DNA from: an uncultured Bacilli bacterium
Lineage (GTDB): Bacteria; Bacillota_I; Bacilli_A; RFN20; CAG-826
Direction of reading: 5' to 3'
Assembly (NCBI GenBank): GCA_944336335.1
Contig: CALVLC010000047.1
Coordinates: 775 to 64,774 of the forward strand
DNA: 64,000 bases
Shown here in pieces: positions 48,316-57,957 of this stretch. The notes below the pieces were generated by a model. That model was not told the DNA's origin and made no database searches. It worked only from the letters and a program-made list of their open reading frames with translations. Position 1 is the stretch's first letter. Each line of letters starts with the position of its first letter. Position numbers and translations under genes: made by a program.

Positions 48316-49535
48316 ATATATTTAAACCTTTCTAGTGCTTCAGATGAATATTTTTCTACATCTTCATCGCTCAATCCCTTATCTTTCAAAAACTTGCTGT
48401 AATGTTCTGGAAGATAATTTATTTTTTGCTTCGAAACCTTATGTGTGGCTATTAAAACAGTGTTATAGAAAATGGATACTTTTTCATCGTCACCGATGAT
48501 TTTGACGTGTTTTCCAATAAATCTGCTATCAACACTGTACTGTCTTCCTTTATAATTAATTAAACCGGTTTGAGGAACTTTTGACGAGAAAGCGTAGTTT
48601 GTTTGTAGTGTTTCGTAGTCTAACTCACTTAACTCAGTTAAAAGTTCTTTTTCATTTTTAAAAAACATACAAGGAGGAACTCCCAATAGCTGATTAGCAT
48701 ATTTTGTATTAATTGTTGTATTTAATCGATAAATTATTCTAAATAGGTCTAATTCATCTTTGACTTTATTGTTATACGAGTAAAGCCGTTTAACAAATTT
48801 ATTTGAAGTTTCACACTTTCCTTTTGTTTGAGGTGTGAATGGATTACACAGTTTTAATTCTACCCCTAAATCTTTAAAAAACTGTGCAATTTCTTGGTGA
48901 ATTATTCTATTTCCTTTTTCATCAATATGGACAACTGCCGGCATGTTATCAGTTAATACTTTCTTTGTTTTGCCGCCAAAATATTTGAAAGTATGGAGCA
49001 AACATCTCATAAAGTCTTCGTTTGTACGGCTTATGGAATATTCGAAGTAATGCATTCTTGAATATCCTAAGGTTGCAGAGAATAAATTGAATGTAATAAT
49101 CTCACCCAAAATTGTGTTTAAGCTTATGCTTTCAACCCAGTCAACTTGCAATTGTTCTCCAGGCTCAGTTTCGTATCTAAAATGAGCTATATGATTCTTT
49201 TCTTTAACATTTAAATTATTTCTTTGTACAAATTTTAGAAAATTTGAGTAAGTACAAGTAATTTGTTTTTCTTCTCTTTGCTCGTCAGTGAAGTAGAAGA
49301 AAGCGGACGCAACGCCAATAGCTGGATCCTTAAGCACATCCCTAATTTCTTCTTTCAAATCGTCCAGTTGGGATTTTCTTTGGCGAGGTTTAAAATCTCT
49401 TTTTTCATGATACATATCAGACAGAGTATGTCTATTAATGTTTGTTTCACGTGACAGTGCTGTAAAATTCGGCTTCACATTAATCTCCTTACAAATTGCT
49501 ATTTTGCGCATAGCTAGCGCATAATCTTTCTTCAT
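48312..49535 (-). CDS. istA: IS21-family transposase IstA
   Basis: N-terminal HTH followed by a DDE-type integrase core (QVDWVE..., VLTDNMPAVV..., KGKCE). I prefer the ATG at 49535 (AAAGGA 7 nt upstream) over the track TTG at 49556. Confidence 0.85.
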   Translation of the reverse strand: MKKDYALAMRKIAICKEINVKPNFTALSRETNINRHTLSDMYHEKRDFKPRQRKSQLDDLKEEIRDVLKDPAIGVASAFFYFTDEQREEKQITCTYSNFLKFVQRNNLNVKEKNHIAHFRYETEPGEQLQVDWVESISLNTILGEIITFNLFSATLGYSRMHYFEYSISRTNEDFMRCLLHTFKYFGGKTKKVLTDNMPAVVHIDEKGNRIIHQEIAQFFKDLGVELKLCNPFTPQTKGKCETSNKFVKRLYSYNNKVKDELDLFRIIYRLNTTINTKYANQLLGVPPCMFFKNEKELLTELSELDYETLQTNYAFSSKVPQTGLINYKGRQYSVDSRFIGKHVKIIGDDEKVSIFYNTVLIATHKVSKQKINYLPEHYSKFLKDKGLSDEDVEKYSSEALERFKYI

Positions 49536-49715
49536 AATTAATTCCTTTCTAAACAAAGAATAATTATGAAATAAATAATCAGTATCGGCTATTTTAAATT
49601 CCGATTTATGGCTAAGATTATTTTCCTATTTTCAATAGAGAATCAATTCTCCTTTTTATAGAGTGACTATATCTTTACGTTTCAGTATATTTAAAGCATA
49701 AAACATGGAGTTCTT

Positions 49716-52433
49716 ATGAAAAGGTTAATATTAATTTTCTCAAGTTTGTTATTATGCGTTAATGATTGTTCTATTCCTTGTAAAACTACAGATTTTAAGG
49801 CTAATCAAATTACAAATGTGTCAACTTCATATAAATTTAATATCAATCATAATGAAAAAGATTTATTTGAGGAAGATTTAGCGAGGACAAATCTCATAAG
49901 CTTAAATGCCATAGATTTAGAACTTTCATCATTTACTTTTTATAAAATGAATTTTAACGGAGTATATTATGTTGCCGATATAAAAGATTCACAAAGTAAT
50001 GGTTTGGTAGAACTGAAAATAATTTCGAATTGTACTTTATATAATAATTTTGGCGAATATCAGGATTTATGTGGAGAAAATTATATTCTTGAAATTTTGA
50101 GATATGATTATACAAACGATAAGCTCTATAAAACATTTTCAAAATTAGATTCTAACACTGTGAAGAAAATCATTGAAAATTCCTCTGAAATAAGCGAAGA
50201 ATCTCCTGAATATTTTAATCTATTGGCCAGCTTAAATGCGGAATTTACTTATAGAAGTAAATATTCAAAAGAAAGCAATATTGAAAATTATTCCCTTTCT
50301 CTTGATAAGCCACAAGTTGATAACCAATCTATATTGGACCACTATTTAACAGTAGCGAAAAGTAATAGCGATGCTGACATGATTCCAATAGAAAATAATC
50401 AAGAAGGATACATTTATTCTTTCGATGATTCAATTGTAAATTTGATTCCAAAATCATATTTTGCGAATAATGGAACTTATAGCGGAGGTGGATCTGAGTG
50501 GGGCTATTTTGTTAAGACTTATAATGATCTTGGAAATAACAAAATTTCTAGTGTGTTGGTTTATGATATTTTTACTATCTCTTCTGATATAAAGACGCCA
50601 GATTTAACAGAAATAAAAGTAGTTTTGCATAAAAATTTTAAATACTACTTCGATTCTGATGTTGTAGTTGGCGATGTTGACAATAATTATTGTCTTGGAA
50701 ATCCCCAATATAAAGCCTCATTAAGATATTTTGAACCTAATAATGTGGAAAATCCTGCTTCACATCCTAATCCTGAAGATGGTAATAATTTATATAATCC
50801 CTTAGATGATTATGGTTATTCATTTGGAAATGTAGCGACCAAAATGCTTGGCACATTTAAAAATTCACGTGGTATTGAAGATAATGCAAATATTTTCTTT
50901 AAATTTATAATTTCTGCATTAAGTGATTTGGTCGTAACTGGCGCTTTAAGTGCAGCTAATATACCTCTTGGCGCATCATTTTTAATATCGCAAGCTGCCG
51001 GTTTGATTACAGATTTGATAACTAGCTCTCTATTTAAAAAAGCTAAAAATGAATCGCCATTTGTTGATTTGGGAAATTATAATTTTAGTTTTGATTCTGT
51101 TTCTTTTAATGATTATTCAAGTTTTGAAGATATGAGGAAAAATAAAGCTTTGCTTAAAGAAATTGGAGTTCTTGTGCCTAATAATTCTGGTGACTATTTA
51201 TCTCCTGAAAGAAATAAACCGCTTTTGTTTAAAAACCAAAATCATTATATAACATATAGAATTAATATGGTGAGAAGTGAACGTAATGACGATTATTATG
51301 CTTTAATATCTCATTGTTTTAAAGCGGAGGTTTTTAATGACACAACTAATATTTTCTCTTGGTATCCAGAGTTTCTAGGAACATCAACAGCAAAATGGGC
51401 TTATTCTACTGGAATAAATTCGAAGCCTCTTACTATAAATGCTTATGCGAAGGGAAATAAATATAATTTAAGTTTCGGCGAAAACACTTCACAAATTGTT
51501 TATTTTACTCCTGCCAAAAGTGGAACTTATTCTTTCTTTATTGATAACGCATATGCTTATACTTTTGCTAGTTTATACGATGAAAATTTAAATCTTCAAA
51601 AGACAAAAAAGACAAATGATATTACCTATATTGATAAATGGACTAATAAGATAAAGATAGCTCAAAATAATTGTTTAACTTTAAATTCGTATTTAACAGC
51701 AAATAAAAAATATAAAATAGTTATTTATAGGAAAAACGATTCAAATGTAAGATTATTTGGAACATCAAACATTGAGATATTAATGGTAAATGGCTCAATA
51801 AATTCAATTAGTTCATCAGCAACGTTTAAAAGAAATACTAAAGTAATAAGCGGAAACGAAAGTAATCTATTGAGTTTTGTCCCAAGCATGACGGACATCT
51901 ATACTTTTGTTGCCACTGATGAATATAGTGGTGTATTAGATACTTACTTAGAAGTTAGAGATAAAAATCAACAAATAATTTATAAAAGCGACAATGGTGC
52001 TGGGAGTTCAAGAGCTTTCGTAGCATTGACTTTAGCAAAAGGTATTCGATATTATATAGTTTCTAGAAACAAAACTTCTTCGCATACGTCATACAAAATT
52101 TATACTTTTGCGGAAGATTATCTTCCTTATATTAGCGGTTCGAATAGAAACGCAAGCATAAGAATGAATTTTAATGGAATAAAACATTATTATTTGGTTC
52201 ACTATAATCGTGCTTATAATGGGAAATTAATTTTGGAGTTTCTGTATACCAATATTACTCGTACGCCTATTAAAGTGGAATTAACTGACTATAAAGGAAC
52301 TTTAAAATATAATTATTCGATTTCGGATTCAAATTATAATTCTTTTTCTGTGAGTTCTAACACGTTTTATGTGTTGCATGTATTCACAAACAGCTCATCA
52401 TCGAATGAATATATTAATTTTTGCTTGTCTTAA
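49716..52433 (+). CDS. Large secreted protein of unknown function with an internal hydrophobic helical hairpin and C-terminal PPC-like beta-sandwich domains
   Basis: Signal peptide MKRLILIFSSLLLCVNDC. A hydrophobic stretch of about 50 aa, NIFFKFIISALSDLVVTGALSAANIPLGASFLISQAAGLITDLITSSLF, maps to 50889-51040. The C-terminal modules are IVYFTPAKSGTYSFFIDNAYAYTFASLYDENLNL and LSFVPSMTDIYTFVATDEYSGVLDTYLEVRDKNQQIIYKSDNGAGSSRAFVALTLAKGIRYYIVS. No catalytic motif was recognised. Confidence 0.7.
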   Translation: MKRLILIFSSLLLCVNDCSIPCKTTDFKANQITNVSTSYKFNINHNEKDLFEEDLARTNLISLNAIDLELSSFTFYKMNFNGVYYVADIKDSQSNGLVELKIISNCTLYNNFGEYQDLCGENYILEILRYDYTNDKLYKTFSKLDSNTVKKIIENSSEISEESPEYFNLLASLNAEFTYRSKYSKESNIENYSLSLDKPQVDNQSILDHYLTVAKSNSDADMIPIENNQEGYIYSFDDSIVNLIPKSYFANNGTYSGGGSEWGYFVKTYNDLGNNKISSVLVYDIFTISSDIKTPDLTEIKVVLHKNFKYYFDSDVVVGDVDNNYCLGNPQYKASLRYFEPNNVENPASHPNPEDGNNLYNPLDDYGYSFGNVATKMLGTFKNSRGIEDNANIFFKFIISALSDLVVTGALSAANIPLGASFLISQAAGLITDLITSSLFKKAKNESPFVDLGNYNFSFDSVSFNDYSSFEDMRKNKALLKEIGVLVPNNSGDYLSPERNKPLLFKNQNHYITYRINMVRSERNDDYYALISHCFKAEVFNDTTNIFSWYPEFLGTSTAKWAYSTGINSKPLTINAYAKGNKYNLSFGENTSQIVYFTPAKSGTYSFFIDNAYAYTFASLYDENLNLQKTKKTNDITYIDKWTNKIKIAQNNCLTLNSYLTANKKYKIVIYRKNDSNVRLFGTSNIEILMVNGSINSISSSATFKRNTKVISGNESNLLSFVPSMTDIYTFVATDEYSGVLDTYLEVRDKNQQIIYKSDNGAGSSRAFVALTLAKGIRYYIVSRNKTSSHTSYKIYTFAEDYLPYISGSNRNASIRMNFNGIKHYYLVHYNRAYNGKLILEFLYTNITRTPIKVELTDYKGTLKYNYSISDSNYNSFSVSSNTFYVLHVFTNSSSSNEYINFCLS

Positions 52434-52528
52434 ATTGAAGTTTGTTTGTGCTTATTATTCAGGAAGCAGTTTAATTCGGCTTTATAAATTTTACAATTCA
52501 CTTTTAAAATCAGTGCTATAATTGAAAT

Positions 52529-53827
52529 ATGAAGAGCAATTATTTTTTAAACGTTTTAGCATTCTTATCGATATTTTCTTGCCTAACTTCTTGTGGAGGA
52601 AGTGGAAAAGCAAGTCAACTTTTTGGAGCAAAAGAAGCAACTGAGTTTACCTATTCAGAAGCTGATGAAGAAGGTTATAAGAGAATAGGCGAAAGTGCAC
52701 AAATGTTTTCTGCAAAAGTTTCTGATAAATTGTTAAAAACTTATCAAAATGGTGAAAACTTAGCATTTTCTCCAATTTCAATATATTTAGATTTAGGTAT
52801 GGCTGTTGAAATGACACGCGGCAATACTCAAAAGGAATTGTTAAGCGCTTTAAACATTGATTATAATACCTTGAGAAATAATTATTCTTCATTATATCGT
52901 TCCTTAAATAATGAATTTGAAGGCGGAATGTCAATTGCTACTAATTCTATTTGGCTAGATTGTAATCTTTCTTTCAAAGAAGATACTTTAGAAAATTTAG
53001 CGAATAAATATTATTGCTATTCTTATTCAACTGATTTTATGTTTGATAATGAGAACGCAAATAAAGCGATTACTAATTTTATTAAAGAACATACAAATGA
53101 ATTTTTAGCTCCTGATCTTAATTTAAGTGAATTAACAAGTTTTGTTTTACTGAATACTTTCTATCTTAAAGACGTATGGAATGTATTTGGTAAAGACTTA
53201 GCAACGTATAAAGAAAAAGTTAATTTTAAGAATAGCGATGAAAGTATCACAAATAAAGAGTTTTTGTGTGCGGATTATGAATTTGGTTTGTCATATGAAA
53301 CTGATGATTTTGATACGTTTTATGCTCAAACTGAAAACTCTTATAAGCTAATTTTTATTAAGCCTAAAGAAAAGAAAACAGTAAAAGATGTTTTTACGGA
53401 AGAAAACATTTATTCATTATTAAAAGAATCGTTTAATGATAATGCAGTTGATGAGGAAAACAACATTCATCACTTTACAAGAGTAATTTTTCCAGAATTT
53501 GAAGCTAGTTTTGATGAAAATATTAAAGACTTGATGGTTGATGCGTTTAATGTAAAAGATTTATTTTCTTCATCATGTGATATTTCACCATTATTTGGAA
53601 GTAACAATTCTTCAACTTCTTGTAGTGCTTTACAACATATAACGAAATTAAAAGTAGACAGTTTAGGCATAGAAGGTGCAGCAGTTACAGCTTTAGTTGG
53701 TGATACATCTATTGATGTTCCTTATCAAAAAGTTTTTCACGATTTTGTCATAGATAGAGATTTCGGCTATTTGATATTAGATAAATATGATAATTTGCTT
53801 TTCAGCGGTGTTGTTGAAAAGATTTAA
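52529..53827 (+). CDS. Serpin-family protease inhibitor, lipoprotein
   Basis: Lipobox CLTSC|GG. Serpin N-terminal motif NLAFSPISIYLDLGMAVEMTRGNTQKELLSAL. Hinge and reactive-centre loop VDSLGIEGAAVTALVGDTSIDVPYQKV. C-terminal FVIDRDFGYLILDKYDNLLFSGVV. Confidence 0.85.
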   Translation: MKSNYFLNVLAFLSIFSCLTSCGGSGKASQLFGAKEATEFTYSEADEEGYKRIGESAQMFSAKVSDKLLKTYQNGENLAFSPISIYLDLGMAVEMTRGNTQKELLSALNIDYNTLRNNYSSLYRSLNNEFEGGMSIATNSIWLDCNLSFKEDTLENLANKYYCYSYSTDFMFDNENANKAITNFIKEHTNEFLAPDLNLSELTSFVLLNTFYLKDVWNVFGKDLATYKEKVNFKNSDESITNKEFLCADYEFGLSYETDDFDTFYAQTENSYKLIFIKPKEKKTVKDVFTEENIYSLLKESFNDNAVDEENNIHHFTRVIFPEFEASFDENIKDLMVDAFNVKDLFSSSCDISPLFGSNNSSTSCSALQHITKLKVDSLGIEGAAVTALVGDTSIDVPYQKVFHDFVIDRDFGYLILDKYDNLLFSGVVEKI

Positions 53828-54032
53828 TTATTTTTAAAATAAAGTTAGTTTTACAATGTTTTTTTGCAAAATGTTGATTATTTAAAAATCAAAAATTACT
53901 TTTAATAAGTTGTGTTTACTTCTTTACAATTCGTTTTAAAAATTAGATTATATATCCGAATAATTGCGATTACAGGCTTTCTTTTTTAAAAATAATAGTG
54001 AATTTAACTTGTTTAAATTGTAAAATTTTTAT

Positions 54033-54710
54033 ATGAATGGTTTTTTAATTTACTCGATAGAAGATGATCATGAAATATCTGATTTAATAAGGTTAGCATT
54101 AGAAAAAAGTGGGTTTGAGGTTCGCTGTTTTGATGATGGTGAAGATTTTTTAAAAAAATTTGAAATCAAAAAGCCAAATCTCATCCTTTTAGATTTAATG
54201 CTTCCTGGAATACAGGGCAACGAAATTTTAAAAGAAGTTAGAAAAGACACAAAAAACGATAAAATTCCTATCATTATTTTGAGTGCAAAATCATTACTTG
54301 AAGATCGTATAATTGGCTTAAATAATGGTGCTGATGATTATGTGATAAAGCCTTTTAATATAAAAGAATTAATAAGTAGAATTAACGTTCATTATCGTAA
54401 ATTTTTAAAAGATCAATTTATTATCAAGGATAGAGAATATACATTAGATTATAAAAATGAAGTATTTTATAAATATGATGAGAAAATTAATTTAACTTCG
54501 AATGAGTACAAAATTATTAAATATTTATTATTAAAACAAGGGAACATTGTTTCTAGAGATGAACTTTATAACGAAATCTGGGGAACCAATAACAAAAATA
54601 ATTCTAGAAGTGTAGACATGCATATAAAATCGATCAGATCAAAAATCGGCGATGAAAATAAGAATTTTATTAAATCTATCTATGGTGGTGGATACATTAT
54701 TGAAAAATGA
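54033..54710 (+). CDS. OmpR/PhoB-family response regulator
   Basis: Receiver domain with acidic pocket IEDD, phospho-acceptor LILLDLMLPG and SAKS..K. The C-terminal winged helix is LTSNEYKIIKYLLLKQGNIVSRDELYNEIWG...SRSVDMHIKSIRSKI. Confidence 0.9.
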   Translation: MNGFLIYSIEDDHEISDLIRLALEKSGFEVRCFDDGEDFLKKFEIKKPNLILLDLMLPGIQGNEILKEVRKDTKNDKIPIIILSAKSLLEDRIIGLNNGADDYVIKPFNIKELISRINVHYRKFLKDQFIIKDREYTLDYKNEVFYKYDEKINLTSNEYKIIKYLLLKQGNIVSRDELYNEIWGTNNKNNSRSVDMHIKSIRSKIGDENKNFIKSIYGGGYIIEK

Positions 54711-56362
54711 ATCGATTTAAAAGAACTTTAACTATATTTTTATTTACAATTAGTTTTATTTTAATAGCATTAATTGGACTTTTGGTGCCTTTTTATCAAA
54801 CGAAAGCATCATATGAAACTGAATTAAATAATTTTTCTCTTGACATAAACAATAATTTAACTAATGATAATTTTGAAGAAATTTTATCTATTTATGGAAA
54901 TGATTCTAGAACTGATATCGTAATTTTTAATAAGAGTGGAAACATAATAGATTCAACCAGTGATTTTACGTTTGAATCAAACTATTTATTTAAACTGAAA
55001 AACGAACTTGATATAGTTAAAAACTTTAATGTTTACGATAAAAGTGGAATCGCAATTTGCACTTATAATTCAAATATTTCTTCATATGTTTTATGCGTTG
55101 TTTATTACGAGTCATTTTATTTTATGTTTAAAGTCTTTGTGATTGTTGTTCCGATTGTTTTAGCGATTTTAGGCGCTTTTTGTGTACTTTTTGAATATTT
55201 TAAATCGAAAAAGGAAGCAACCTATTTAAAATATCAAGTCAGAAAATTACGTAATATTGTAAACATATCAACTATGGTTGAATATGATAACGATATTGAA
55301 AATTTGGCTAATATTTTAAAAGACACAAGAAGAGAACTAGATAGACAACTTAAAAACAATTTTTTAAGTGAAAAGAAACTAAATTTTATTTTAGACTCTA
55401 TTGAACAAGGTATTATTGTTGTTTCTCTTGAAGGGGCAATAATTTTATCTAATAAAAAAGGTAGAGACATTCTTCATCTTGATAAAAACGATAAGAAAAT
55501 GGTTGAAAATGCATTAGTTCACGATGTTTTAGTTAATGTTAAAGTAGCATCGTCTTTAAATAGATCGCTCCTTTTTAATAAAGAAATAGAAGGTAAAATC
55601 TATGAGTTTAATATCAACAATATTGACGATTCATTTAACGAGAATTCGAATATTAAAAGTGTTTCTATTTTAATTGTTGATATTACTGAAAAATTTAATA
55701 GCGAAAAAATGAAAAGAGATTTTTTTGCAAACGCCGCTCACGAATTAAAATCACCATTGACCACGATTTTATGTTATCAAGAATTAATTAAAGATGGCGT
55801 TTTAACAAGCAACGAAGAGATAAAAACTGCAAACGAAAAAACAATTAAGGAAAGTGAAAGAATGAATAAATTGATTATGGAAATGCTTGAACTTTCTTCG
55901 CTTGAGAACAATAACTTAAGGCCAATTGAAAAGGTTGACGTTTGTAATGAACTTGATCACATTTTATCGATGCTTGAAGAGCAGATAAAAGTAAAGAATA
56001 TTAAAGTTGTTAGAAATTATCAAAAATTGATTTTAAAAATAAACAATGAAGATTTTTATAATTTATTCAAAAACTTAATTGAAAATGCAATTAGATATAA
56101 TAAGGTAAATGGTGAAATCAGAATTAATATAGACACTAAAAATAAAACAATCTCAATCGCTGATGATGGAATTGGAATAAGTGATGAAAATAAATCTAGA
56201 ATATTTGAGAGATTTTATCGAGTTGACAAAGCTAGAAGTAGAGAAAACGGTGGAACCGGACTTGGTCTCTCTATTGTTAAATATATTTGTAACTATTACG
56301 ACTACAAAATCGAGGTTAAGAGTAGTTTAGGCAATGGTGCTGAATTTACAATTTATTATTAA
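54707..56362 (+). CDS. Sensor histidine kinase (two TM spans, PAS-like domain, HisKA, HATPase_c)
   Basis: H-box FFANAAHELKSPLT, N-box NLIENAIRYN, G-boxes DDGIGI and GGTGLGLSIV. ATGA overlap with the response-regulator gene. Confidence 0.9.
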   Translation: MNRFKRTLTIFLFTISFILIALIGLLVPFYQTKASYETELNNFSLDINNNLTNDNFEEILSIYGNDSRTDIVIFNKSGNIIDSTSDFTFESNYLFKLKNELDIVKNFNVYDKSGIAICTYNSNISSYVLCVVYYESFYFMFKVFVIVVPIVLAILGAFCVLFEYFKSKKEATYLKYQVRKLRNIVNISTMVEYDNDIENLANILKDTRRELDRQLKNNFLSEKKLNFILDSIEQGIIVVSLEGAIILSNKKGRDILHLDKNDKKMVENALVHDVLVNVKVASSLNRSLLFNKEIEGKIYEFNINNIDDSFNENSNIKSVSILIVDITEKFNSEKMKRDFFANAAHELKSPLTTILCYQELIKDGVLTSNEEIKTANEKTIKESERMNKLIMEMLELSSLENNNLRPIEKVDVCNELDHILSMLEEQIKVKNIKVVRNYQKLILKINNEDFYNLFKNLIENAIRYNKVNGEIRINIDTKNKTISIADDGIGISDENKSRIFERFYRVDKARSRENGGTGLGLSIVKYICNYYDYKIEVKSSLGNGAEFTIYY

Positions 56363-56522
56363 TTTCTTTACAATTTGATAATTTAAAAAAGTACGATATT
56401 TATCGATAAAACTAGTAATTTTTCTTAATTCTAAATTTTAATTGTAAATTTTTTTGCTTGAATTGTAAGCGCTTACATATATAATTAAGGTATCTAAAAA
56501 ACTTTTTGTAGGAGGATTTATA

Positions 56523-57890
56523 ATGAGAAATTCAAAAGGTTTATTTACGTTGAGCGCTGCCTTAATCTGTGCATGTACTATGACAGCTTGTGGCGGCGGA
56601 AGTGCTACTGAAGATATCAAAAATACTAATAAAGATATCATTGCAGAAGCACAAACATTAACAAGAGATGATCTTTTTAAAAAAGCTGCAGAAGAAATTG
56701 GCGGTGGAACTTTAAAATTCATTGGTACATCTTCAAGATTTAAAAATGCTATTGATGGATTTAAAGCTGAACTTGCTAAATATAATTCTGCTTGTGCTAA
56801 CATGACAATCACAACAGATACAGCAGTTGATGGCGAAATCTATTCAAAACTTTGTGGAGAAATTGAAGCTGGTCTCACAACTGGTTATGATGCGGCTTTA
56901 GTTCAAGACGGTTATCAATTACAAGCTCTTGGTATTAATACTGGATATTTCTTAAATTATGTACCAAAAGAATGGAACGATGACAAAGATACAAATAAAA
57001 CAAAGAACGCTAATCCATTCTCGCTTCAATATAATATGAAAACTTGGATGGTTAATAATGGTGGAAGTGGAGCTGATGTTGTAATCGATAATATTTGGGA
57101 CGTTACACAAGATAAATTTAAAGGTCATATCCATACAATGGATCCTAATAACGAAAACGTTAATAGAGACTGGCTCATCATGCTTACTCAAGACGAATGG
57201 TGCGATGCTCTTGAAGAAGCTTTCAATGCTTCAACAAATGACAACAAGTCATTAGATATGAAAAAATATGAATCTTATGGCGATCAAAAATATGCTTATG
57301 CATTTATTGATAAATTCTTAACAAACGCTGTCTTCCATGGTGATGATGGCGCGGCTCGAGATGCATTCATGAAAGACTATGGTGGACTTGGCTGGATTGT
57401 TTACTCAAAGATCGCTTCAATTCAAGAAACAGCAGAAATTACTAAGAAAAACATTACTATTGCTGCTTTAGGAAAAGATTTTAGTGATGGTGCTAACCCA
57501 GGCGATTCAAAAGTTAATGGTTTCGGTGGATTTATGTATAAACACTATCTCCAAATCATGCCATATACTCAACATCCTTGGACATCATGTGCATTCATTA
57601 ATTACTTAAGCACAACTAAAGAAGGTTATGCAGCTTGGGGTAAAGATATTGGCGATTATCCATCAATGCCTTCAATTAATGTTGATAGAACTAAGTTCGG
57701 ACATGGCACATTAGAAAACTATGAATTTACACAATCCGATGATGGTGAAAATGTATTTTCTTGCTTAAATGACCCAGCATCAAGTTGGTGGGAAGATAAA
57801 GCTAATGTTGTAGTCGAAGATCCTGCATTCATTGTTACTGAATATCAAAATGTTAATAACTTTATAAAAGACGTTATTGCAGCTAAATAA
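56523..57890 (+). CDS. ABC importer substrate-binding lipoprotein (substrate unknown)
   Basis: Lipobox CTMTAC|GGG, strong RBS GTAGGAGG, 455 aa, first gene of an SBP-permease-ATPase operon. Confidence 0.8.
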   Translation: MRNSKGLFTLSAALICACTMTACGGGSATEDIKNTNKDIIAEAQTLTRDDLFKKAAEEIGGGTLKFIGTSSRFKNAIDGFKAELAKYNSACANMTITTDTAVDGEIYSKLCGEIEAGLTTGYDAALVQDGYQLQALGINTGYFLNYVPKEWNDDKDTNKTKNANPFSLQYNMKTWMVNNGGSGADVVIDNIWDVTQDKFKGHIHTMDPNNENVNRDWLIMLTQDEWCDALEEAFNASTNDNKSLDMKKYESYGDQKYAYAFIDKFLTNAVFHGDDGAARDAFMKDYGGLGWIVYSKIASIQETAEITKKNITIAALGKDFSDGANPGDSKVNGFGGFMYKHYLQIMPYTQHPWTSCAFINYLSTTKEGYAAWGKDIGDYPSMPSINVDRTKFGHGTLENYEFTQSDDGENVFSCLNDPASSWWEDKANVVVEDPAFIVTEYQNVNNFIKDVIAAK

Positions 57891-57904
57891 TTGAATTAAT
57901 TTGA

Positions 57905-57937
57905 TTTTGCGGGTAAGTGATTGCCCGCAAAATTTTT
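57905..57937 (+). terminator. Intra-operon hairpin/attenuator after the SBP gene
   Basis: Stem TTTTGCGGG / CCCGCAAAA (57905-57913 / 57924-57932) with a 10-nt loop and a T5 run. This fits the usual SBP-excess arrangement. Confidence 0.6.
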
Positions 57938-57957
57938 AAAACTTACGGAGTTAAACT

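Larger units (their letters stand above)
47511..49614 (-). mobile_element. IS21-family insertion sequence (about 2.1 kb, apparently intact)
   Basis: istA-istB pair with an ATGA overlap. Imperfect terminal inverted repeats share the core CGGAATTTAA flanked by (T/A)GCCA and TAGCC(A/G)AT. The left end reads TGCCAATTTTCGGAATTTAATTAGCCAAT (47511-). The reverse complement of the right end reads TAGCCATAAATCGGAATTTAAAATAGCCGAT (-49614). Boundaries are good to about 5 bp. No target-site duplication could be resolved. Confidence 0.75.

Noticed and set aside
56389-56417. Degenerate phased hexamers (AAGTAC / TTATCG / ACTAGT) upstream of the ABC importer as a bona fide copy of the TTAGTA element
   Set aside because: Only one hexamer is close to the consensus. 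I kept it solely as a testable hint within the TTAGTA finding and did not annotate it as a feature.
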